Assembly: GCA_002633005.1 (NCBI GenBank)
Contig: NMRA01000125.1
Span: 257,971-321,970, forward strand
Length of the DNA stretch: 64,000 bases
DNA from: Phoronis australis
Taxonomy: Eukaryota > Animalia > Phoronida
Reading direction: 5' to 3'
The notes beneath the pieces were generated by a model, which did not search any database, was not told the DNA's origin, and saw only the letters and a program-made list of their open reading frames with translations. The position numbers and the translations under genes are program-made. Below, piece by piece: positions 12,097 to 64,000 of the stretch. Position 1 is the first letter of the stretch, and the number at the start of each line of letters is the position of its first letter.

Positions 12097-15000
12097 ACAA
12101 AAATGTTTCAGTTTCGACTTGTTTGACCAATAGCATGCTGATGAGTGAAGAAGCTTAATGTCTTCTGGTCTGAAACCACCAAACTTTTCTTATGTCAAAA
12201 TCTTACCAAAAAATCATTACGTAGTTCGGGCACTGATCATGCATGCGAAATATTGACAACATATGGTGGACAGGAACTATGAGGTCGGCACAATGCTGCA
12301 ATTGTTTTACAATGACATCTAGAAGCTACCTTAGTCATCCAAGATGTAAAAGTTCAAGAATCACGCTACTGATTCCTGGGGTCATCTGTTTCATGAAAGT
12401 GTCTTAAGACTTATGACAGGAGTTTGGTGTTATGCTCCCAGTTCTCAATTGTTTAAAAATGGTTTAGCCAAGTAATTATGAGTGCATAACAGTCTAGAAA
12501 TATTTTTTTGAAATTATTGCAATGAGCAGTTACATGTTTATTGTCAGACACTTTGTACTGTGTTCAAAACCAAATTTATGGATTGAGTCGCTTTTCATAA
12601 AACGGAGCCCCTGGTGTTAATAGTGTAAAAAATAAGTGTGTCTAGAAATGTAAAAAATAATGTGAATGTTGAGTGGTGGAATTTAGTGGTTGGGGACTGG
12701 TACCTCCAACCACAGTCTGGTTCCAGGTAGTAATTTAGTGTTTTCTGGTTTGAATGAGTGGTGTGGTGTCTTGTGTTCCAACAAATATTGGCATTGTAAG
12801 TTTTGAGATTATGGTTGATAGGTGCTTTCAGTAAGATCTTTCTAGTTTGGTGAGGTCGTGCCAGTCTCTGTGAGATAACACCTGGCAATACAATAATTGG
12901 GAGTACCAAATCCTTCTGAGGAGTCGCAAATTTCTGCGGAAATTTAAAGCTGCACAAATTCAAAGAAACGGAGCTTGATTAAGAAAGAGGACTGTTCATT
13001 TACTCACATTTTGGATCTTTCCTTCACTCAAAACCAGTTACGTAGTTAAAGCGACCTTCTGCCATAAAAATCATCTTTTGATTTAACCCTTCTAACATAT
13101 TTTAAAATTGGTGTCTAATTGTTCCTTAGCCAGATTGGTGGTGATTTCAGGACTTTGACGGAACTGATAGTTTGTTATTTCTTGAGACGAGGCTATGCAG
13201 GTTGGCTTGTCATTTGGCATGCCTAGCATGGTATTGAGCAACAATGAAATGTCATTTCTTTCCTTAAACACAGAAATTCTCATCTGAGCTTGTAAGGAAC
13301 AAGTTGAGACCAGTTTAAAGTGGTTAAAACGGTATTTTACTGGTTTAAATGGTTGAAATTAAAATGCAGTTCCTGTAACTTGAGATTTTCCAGGAATTGT
13401 TTGGTACTCCATTCGAACTCCCTAATCTCCCTGTAACTTTTGAAAGTTGTTAGTATTACTGAACAAGCCCAGTGGTGATGTGTTGATAATTTCTAATTAA
13501 TTGGTTGTTTCAATATTTATAATCTGTAGATTTTTGTTTACTGCAATATGTTGGCAGACTTAAAAGGGGGAACGTTGCCTTTTTGAATGCACTTTGTCAT
13601 TTTGCAATATTTTACTTACACTAAAAGGTATTTTGAACCTTTGCAGTCAACTTATGTAGGACACTATAGACAAGTGTGTGTACTTATCCAAATATCTACA
13701 AAACTTCAGATCTTAAATTAGTAAAGGTGTTTTTTAAAGTAGAGAACCTGTAGAATTTGATTTTTCTGATTTAGCATCAATCTCTCTTTAGTTGTGTCGT
13801 GCAACGTTGTTTTTAGTGCTGTTTTAGCAAAAAGGTACATTCATAGCCAAAACATGTTTTGTTTGATATAAATGTTCAAGAGAAAAGATAAAAAATGCTG
13901 CTACAGATTTCCGAACCATTTCATTTCATTCAACTTTTAATTTTTTCATAAATATCGTAAAAGTCTTATTTTTTGATATTCCCTTGTGCGAAAGTGATGG
14001 CGTTTCGGGATACCAGTGTATACCAGAAATTTTCATATGATTCCGATCTGCCATTTTTGAGATATGGTGTTCCGAAGTTTGCCAAATTTTAATATATAAT
14101 TTTTTCTAGCATCTTATAAAACTTTAAATTGAAGTTGAGTAAATACAAATTCTTTGAAACTGGAAGCTGTGAGCGAGTTGCACAATGCGCTGAGTTATTG
14201 TGTGTCTGATTGACTCTGGTGTGCTGGATTATTACCTGTTACAGGTATCATTGCGTAAATCAAGTGACATATAGTTCTGTCCTGACTGGAACCGATGATC
14301 AACATGCATCTTAGCCATTAGAATGAAAAAGCATTAGAACAGAGCTTACTCTGACTAGCTGAAGTTTTCCGAATTGGCTCACAGCATTGCACGTACTTTT
14401 TTAGAATATTCATGTTTGCTAACTTTGCTCTTACAGAAAAGGCTCCAAATGCTATAAAAATAGCAACTGGATAATTCAAAATTATTGAAAAATGCCTTCA
14501 AATAAGTATAACGTCCCCATTTAAGTGTGTGTGAAACTTAATACTTAGTGAAATGCTAATGTATTATAAATATGCGTGGATTGGTAATATTTAGCTACTA
14601 GCTTGCAGCATTTCCCCCATGAACATGATAAGGGTAATGTGGGATGCCACATTGTTTATAGTAGATAATTATATAAGCAATTAGTAACCTGGTGAAATAT
14701 TTAGAAACCCATTTATGTTTGTTTTTTTTCTCGTTACATTTGCCAAGTGCCAGTATTTGTTTAGTTGTGAATTAAGGGCCAGTAAATTTGTTGTGGTTAT
14801 TTTTTCTATGTTAATATCTTTCGCATTGAATTTTTTAACTTCCATGCCAAGTCAGTTGATGTGCCTGGTAATATTACCATGCGCTACAAAATTCAGAATA
14901 TGGTGTGGCACTGTTGTTTTGTTCCTGTAAAAATTAGTTCTATATTATGTTTACAATATGGTGTGCGAATTTCAATTTTACCGGTGTTAGATACAACTGT

Positions 15001-17620
15001 ATTGCTAGTTATTCAACCTGAGAATTTTAAATGGATATTGTACACAATTTCTGTAACTAAAGTAAAGGCTAGGGCTCTCATATAAGAGGGTTGCTAGGGA
15101 CATGCCGCCATTACTGGGGTGGGTATTTTGCCCTCTCAGATGTCATTTGGTTGCATTTCTATTTCAGCTTCCTGACATCATTTTGGAGGAGTAAGTGAAA
15201 GAAATAGTGACAGTTGGAATTCCAAGTTTTGTAGTTATTCAGATTATCTATTTTCCTGAGTTGGCCAAGTTTGAATTTGTCTTGATTTCAATTGCGCCGG
15301 CAGCCCCTGCCACTATGTGGGAGAGGACCCCTGGGTTAGTCACAAATACTGGAAAGGGGCTCTGTAGTGTATCTTGATTATTGAATTTTTCTCTAGTCCA
15401 CTTGGTCAGCATGTAAATAGATATATGATATCTGCAATATTGTGTTTCTGTAAATGTTTGTATCAATTTGAAAACTCGGGTCAAAAACATTAATTGACCT
15501 ATCGCAAGCCCCGCCCCCTTGCGAAAAGTCGCGTAACACCTGATAAACAAACAATATGTTTTACCCGACAACATGTCCTTTGTTGTTTAAAATGGTGGCT
15601 TGGAAACGAAGGTGTGTCAAGAATGTTGTGTTCTGATTGATCAGTTAAGCCGTCACTCAAAATCCTGGCGTTAGTTCAACTGGTTTATTGGTTAAGTGAC
15701 TTTCTTATGGATAGACTTAGGTGGGATATTTTTCGTTTTTGCCATCTGTTGGCTGGAAATGTCGTCGTTTCTCCGTTTGCCACGAGGTGCTGGTTTGCCC
15801 ATGGACGTGTCGCTAAGTGGCTTTCACAAAGGATCTTAATCACGTTTGGGATATGCTAATGACATGTCTCGCTTTGTGACTTGAGATTTTGACATCCCTT
15901 TTACGGCACTTTTTGCAAGGACATCTTGCTCACTATAGATTTATGGTTGAGTTTGGTATGAATTATGCCAAGTTTGTTTAAAATTTTATCGAATTGCAGG
16001 TGATGTCTAATTTCAGGTAATATCTAATTGCAGGTAACACTTTTTCATGCATGTAAATGTCAGTTATGCCCCCACATGGGCGGCGCAGCACTGAAAAAAG
16101 TGGTGTGGGGTTATAGCCCCCCCAGCCCCCTATGGTGCGCTGCCCGTGCCCCATCCAGTGCTAATTGAGCTTAACTCGCTTCAGCTAGGAACAAATAAAG
16201 TTAGCAATAGTGGACCATCACTTTGAAGCCATCAATCAACCGTGTTCCACCCATGGTTGTACCATGTGTATTTAGCAATGCCAACTTATTGTATAAGAAG
16301 TCAAAACAAGGGGTTCTACCTCAAAAACTATCCCAAACTGTTTTTTTTTAAGTTGGCACTGAATGGAACATAAGACTATATAATATGCAATTGCTGTAAA
16401 TATCTAGACATAGTGGACTGTTCATTATTTAATTGGTACATTGTGAGCTTTTATGACTCGAGTATTCTTAGATATTTATCTTTCTAGAATGTTGTCTTCT
16501 AGGAGTGCACTTGCCAATGAATGTCACCATGCGGTCTAGGCCCATGCTCTCTTTTTACTCGAAATCGAATTAGTTTTTGGCATTTTCTGTAAATTTTTGC
16601 AAATTCAAGATACGCGTGTAATATTCTATGCTCCAGTATGTAATGGCTCGTGTGAATGCATTCGATGACCCTTTATGTTTGTGCCTGAACTTGAAATTTC
16701 ACGATTTTACTTGAAATCTCGGGGGTTTTTAGTACTTTGTTACTTGCATTTAGGGTTCATCAAGCGTGCACTTGTTCTAAAAACTTGTATATATAAGCCA
16801 TAATGTACTCGAGCACAGACTAATAGGCTCTTATCTTGAGTTTGCATGAAAGTAAAACAGAAAATGTCAAAAATAAATTTGAGTTGGATTGTGGGTAAAA
16901 TGATTTTAGAGTGTGTACCCTGGTAGTGGTCTCCATTATGGGGCAATTTGTGAAGCAGGAATAGGGGAACTTGTCGTGTGCATGCGTCTTTAAGTGTAAG
17001 TTATGATTGTTCAGTCTCTTGTCATAATTCCATGCTCGCTCTTAATAGTCCAGTTTTTTAAAATTTAAATTAGCAGTGGAGTTGTATCGTATATTCATAA
17101 ATGCGCCAGTATAGCAGTGTTAAGTTTGGTTTGTGTTAACAATTAATTTGATTACATTTTAATTGAAGAAATGGGTGTCTAATAAAACCATTGAATTGAA
17201 GACCAACAGTGATTGAAATCCTGACTTGTTACCAGTGTCACATATAGGCTGATGTGAGGGAGAAATCTCAACACAATCAGAAATTAGGAGAAAGTTTGAA
17301 AACTTATTATCGGTCTGAAGGTATTGGCAACTATTTTTGGGGAGGTTACATACAAGAATCCAACAAAATCACAACAGGGTTTAGTATCCTAAATTTAAGT
17401 GGACTAATAAGATTTGATTTAGACAATCCGAATTACTTTCATTGCAATAACTTACTGGAGATAAGTCAGTGACACATTGTTTTAAATTTAGTTGCTGAAA
17501 ATGTGCACTGCTGTCTCATTAATTAACACTGCATTTTGTAGCTAAATGAGATGAAAGTGAAGCTTTAAATCACATATATTATACCAATAAATTATCAGTT
17601 TAAACAAACATACATACATA

Positions 17621-17790
17621 CAGTGAAATTCCCGTAAGTCACATCCAACCTGACAGTTTTGAGGCGAATAAGAAAAAATCTGACGTACATATCTGAAGGG
17701 TCCTGGGCACAAACTACAACAAGTGTGTTGAGAGCTATGTCGAAAATGAGCAAAAATCTGACGTATATCTGACTTGTGCGAGTTTTACTG
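17621..17790. mobile_element. MITE with CAGT termini (Tc1/mariner-pogo-like)
   Basis: ta|CAGTGAAATTCCCGTAAGTCA ... TGACTTGTGCGAGTTTTACTG imperfect TIRs; internal duplicated aaaaatctgacgta. Confidence 0.6.
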
Positions 17791-18127
17791 TTACAGTACA
17801 GTTTGGCCTCACTCTTTCACATGCGGCAGATGCTAAAATGACATTTTCCAGTCAAGGCGGCTAATTCTGCCTAGGACTAGACACAACGTCATCCTAACAG
17901 CAGTATGGTGTTCAACATAAGTAACTTTCCAGTAATTTCTCCATTTCTCCCAGCCATGATGAACGGCTACTAATTTGGCAAAGATCTTGTACCCTGCTAT
18001 CATGACGGGAGGATTTCCTGGTCTTTTTGTGGCAATTTCTTTTGGCGTGTACTGTTGGCAGAATTCGTTGTCTTATGAGCAAAAGACTCCATTCTGTATT
18101 GACTAATATAAACAATAACAAAAATAG

Positions 18128-18341
18128 ATTCAACACTTGCTAGGTTAAAGCAATACACTATCTCAGAGACTGCATTCCTGGTGATCCAGACGATTTGACA
18201 ACCTGCCCTTTATTGACAAAGGACTGTAGAGTGCAGTGCGAAACGTCCAGAACAGCACGAACACAGTCTTACAGTAAGTCAATTACTATACCCTACCTCC
18301 AACAGAGACCATGAAAAAAAATTCTATTCAACACTTGCTAG
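18128..18341 (+). mobile_element. 182-bp retroposed insertion with 16-bp target-site duplication and hammerhead-like motif (Penelope pLTR/retrozyme-like)
   Basis: ATTCAACACTTGCTAG at 18128-18143 and 18326-18341; A-run near the 3' end; internal TTGACAA-A-GGACTGT-AGAGT-GCAGTGC-GAAAC-GTC. Confidence 0.65.
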
Positions 18342-18614
18342 CAGACAGGTACTGAGTCAAGCTTGTAACAAGCAATGTAAATGCAAACTTATCCTACAGT
18401 AGGTAAGGCAATCTAGGCCAACAGTAGTACTACTGGTCACGAGTTGAGCATAAAAGAAGAGTCAACAATAGAATCTGGATAAATTTCCTTACAGGTCATG
18501 CACTGTAAAATTACAACTCCACCAGATAAACTGTTGTGATGTCATTGCTTGAGATCATGGATAAATCTGATGTGCAAGCAGTACTTTCGAGAAGATACTT
18601 GTCTCTGAGGAATG

Positions 18615-25406
<6,792 letters not shown>

Positions 25407-25512
25407 CAGGCCTGAAGTATAGATTTTTTAATTTTTATTTAATGTCCATCAAAATCACACCATATAACTACTATCTAGGTCAAAGTGTAAGTTTCACAAA
25501 AATGAGTCTCAC

Positions 25513-25772
25513 TTTCACAAGCCAAAAGTATTCAGGCAAAATGACACAGAATTTCCCATCACCACAGTTGGGCGAAAGCTGAATTCAACATCAAAGTAGT
25601 CTTCCCTCACGACCAAGAATGAAGAGGAATTACCGGGGAAAGGTGGCTAAGCCATTCTGTAATTAAAATTTTGCTGCCCTAATAGTTATTACAGGTAATT
25701 TTTGCAGTTAACAGAATTAGCCGTCATGATCGGAAAACAATATTTTTGTTTGATCACTTTTGTCTTGTACTG
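25513..25772. mobile_element. Diverged copy of the MITE family at 40194-40524
   Basis: Shares caaaatgac, gtagtcttc, ggtg.ctaagccatt, gccctaata, agccgtcatgatc, ttttgtcttgtactg in the same order. Confidence 0.6.
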
Positions 25773-26750
25773 TGAGCATATATATTTCTCTTTTTGACTT
25801 GTTCAAGCACTTAACAAAATCATGAGCAATTTTTGAAAATGTAGGCTCATGCAGTGTTGCCATTTTTGAAGATAATGTGACTTACTGTGTCTAGAAGCTC
25901 CAGAACCATTCGGACCACTCTGTGAAAGGTTTAAAGATAACGATTTCTGATTACCTGGGACTCCCTTAGGCAGGAGCTGAGCTCCGGTGTGATACCAAGA
26001 CACTAGGGCATCCTCGAGTAGGTGCTACACCTGGGTAATTATCTGATTGACTATTAAAATGACAAAAATGACATCCAACCGATTTTGAGTGGTCCGTGTT
26101 CCGGTGGACATTAGTCTGCTGTCCTGTTTTTTCGTTTTGATGAACAGTTACTTCAGGCTTGATTGCATGCTAGTTAGTACTGACTATGTGTCATCTATGG
26201 AAACCAAACTTCCACCCCATCCTGCTCAGGCCCGGGATATGATTATTAATGCATTCCCTGCTGGCCTGCAAGTAGCTGTAAAAATGGGCAGTTGCAAATT
26301 TGGGCAACTGAACAAGGGCTTGTTCGACAAAATTTTGATTGCGTGAGTATAATATTCGAGCTGGGAAGAGTTAAAGACATCTAGAAACCAATATGACTTT
26401 GATGGTTTACTGAAGCGAGAGATACAATTTGCCCTATGGGATGGCTACCGTCTCTACTGGGGCCAGTTGAAATGGTGGTACTGCCTAGAGCAGAGCCAGG
26501 TCGAGACTGGGCTCGGCGAGAGGACGCGTGGAATTTACATTATTTACAGTCAAGTGTAACGAACTTCTCAAAATCACGGGCTAACCAACTACTGTTAAAC
26601 GCTGTTATAGGCCTACTTTATACTGTTCATTCACGCTATTATATCAATTGATGACGTTGAAATTCATACATTATTGCATAAAAAAGTGGACAAATAATGC
26701 ACTTCACAATACTAAAATCAAGTGTTCACCTCCAAATATTTCAATCTCAC

Positions 26751-26781
26751 CTGTCCGGAAGTAAATTTGCGATACTGACAT
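26751..26781 (-). other. PACRGL: Probable first exon of PACRGL (5' UTR, or coding MSVSQIYFRT-G)
   Basis: Strong donor CAG|gtgaga at 26751; ATG at 26781 splices in frame to the 25411 acceptor. Confidence 0.55.
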
Positions 26782-27093
26782 CTAGTGGTCAAATGACCGA
26801 ACTTCTTTTGTTGCTAAGGCACTTTATATTTTTAATCAGAACTTGATTTTTCTGCCTATTGTATAATATTATATCATTTTTAATAAGCTATATTACTCTT
26901 TTCAATAGATAAATGCCATTTAAGCGTGACAATATGCTTAGATCAAAAAAATCGAAAAGACGTACTTTCAGCGCGTAAGAGTACTTGTTTATATCTAGTT
27001 TGTGAACCGTCCAATCGAAATTTTCGATTGCCAGGTGCAGATATCAGACACTTTGTATCAAATGATGCCGAATACAAAACACATTTCATAAAA
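26752..27093. promoter_or_regulatory. Putative bidirectional promoter PACRGL/CFAP46 with ETS (26755-26762), CTCF-like (26773-26791) and RFX X-box-like (26810-26822) motifs
   Basis: Divergent 5' ends ~340 bp apart; CCGGAAGT; TGACCACTAGATGTCAGTA (minus strand); GTTGCTAAGGCAC. Confidence 0.6.
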
Positions 27094-62646
<35,553 letters not shown>

Positions 62647-64000
62647 GTAAGTGACTGAACTTCATTTGCTAGTCATAATCATTAGTCTCAGAAATCAGAA
62701 GACTCAGAAATTATTGAACATTTCCACTGCATTAACTTCTCCCTTTGTCTAATTTTAATCTGCTTAACACTGTTTTCTGTTACTGAAATTTATGAATTTA
62801 TTGTGAACCTCCCATTCATGCGCAAGTTTTCCCTGAGACTGAAAGAGACAGGTTGAATAAAGCATACCTAGTATCTCTATCTGGGCCATGTCCTGTCATG
62901 GTGTGTTTCATTCAGTTACACACTGTAAACATTTGGGATGCCGAGTATTTTTCCCAATTGAGTAAGAGCCATGTAAGATACTCCAGACACACATTAATTG
63001 CTATACCTCTGATGGACGGGGCTGTATAAGGGAAGTGGTGGTGCCGGCTGAGGGTAGTCTTAAACCAGTTATTGCATTCAATCTGGGGTAATCGTCTCGG
63101 GAGAAAACTTGGAGCTATAATTAACTATTACAAACTAGTCGCCAGGAACTTGGGATTAATGATTCCTGCTTCTGTCTGGCTTACAAGTGAGCTAAATAAC
63201 TTAATTCATTTAATACTAGGAGAGAAATGCTTGAATACTTCCCGAATTAAAATTTCACTTTTTAAAGCATGAACTTCATGTCACAACTAGTGGTGTATGT
63301 TTTTGAAGAGAATGTCTGTTTACATGATAACCCCTAGGGCCATTTTGTTTTGGGTAGTAATTAAGTTTACTTCAGGGTGCAATTTTGCAAAACTCTACAA
63401 TGGTGTGAAACTTTATGGAGAACCTTGTGTTGTTCTAAAAATGTAATCATATGCTGATTGGGCCAATTAGGGTTCACATCATAGGAGAAACAGCCTGTTT
63501 GGGGCATATTTTTCTAATTTGTTTCAATTACCCCATGAGGGGCCTAGTACAGGGGAAAAGTCAAGCCAAAACCCAATTAAATTTGTGAACTGAAGCGCAA
63601 GTTTCAGTTACCCCATTCCCTGCTAAGGCAATAGAAAGTCAGCTGGATAGGCTGCCAACAGGCAATGGGCAATTAGTTTTAGGATATAATGAGGTGTTAT
63701 TAGGGGATTACATGAGTGCAGCTGAACTGAATTCAAAGGGCTCTTGTGGCCAATCATCATCTGATGGTCAATTTGTGCCAGTCCAGTACTCCAAGGTCCT
63801 CTTGCAGGTAGCGCCAGCTATTGTGAACTAGGAATAACTCAATATCATGTCAGGTCATTAGTAATGAACCCCATGTGACCATGCTTTTACCATTTGCTTT
63901 GTTATATGATTATATTTTCTTTTTCAAGAAGCTGTTTTTCGGCATTTTGTAGATGCCCACATCATTATGTGCAATACCTTCTGCATGAATCTGTCTTCTA

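Noticed and set aside
63953-64000. Possible next CFAP46 exon after ttttgtag
   Set aside because: Truncated by the window edge and the translation is not recognisable.

Overview
Intron-rich, AT-rich animal genomic DNA. The repeat content suggests a marine invertebrate bilaterian (inference). Three host genes are visible. (1) A + strand multi-C2H2 zinc-finger protein with a long disordered acidic region and a C-terminal coiled coil (5127-5848 + 7455-12096, ~1787 aa). (2) PACRG-like (PACRGL) on the - strand (6 coding exons, 215 aa, plus a probable first exon ending at 26751). (3) The 5' ~1490 codons of CFAP46/TTC40 on the + strand (30 phase-consistent exons from 27094, running off the window). 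PACRGL and CFAP46 are head-to-head within ~350 bp, and that gap carries X-box (RFX)-, ETS- and CTCF-like motifs. The window starts with a decayed, 5'-truncated RLE-type (HERO/NeSL-like) non-LTR retrotransposon with a highly structured 3' UTR. Other repeats: an RNase H-bearing LINE remnant, a Helentron/DINE-like element with arrayed CTCF-like motifs, hammerhead-like Penelope/retrozyme-type relics, MITEs and a tRNA-derived SINE. Two single-N-joined duplications look like uncollapsed haplotypes. All coordinates were read by eye.
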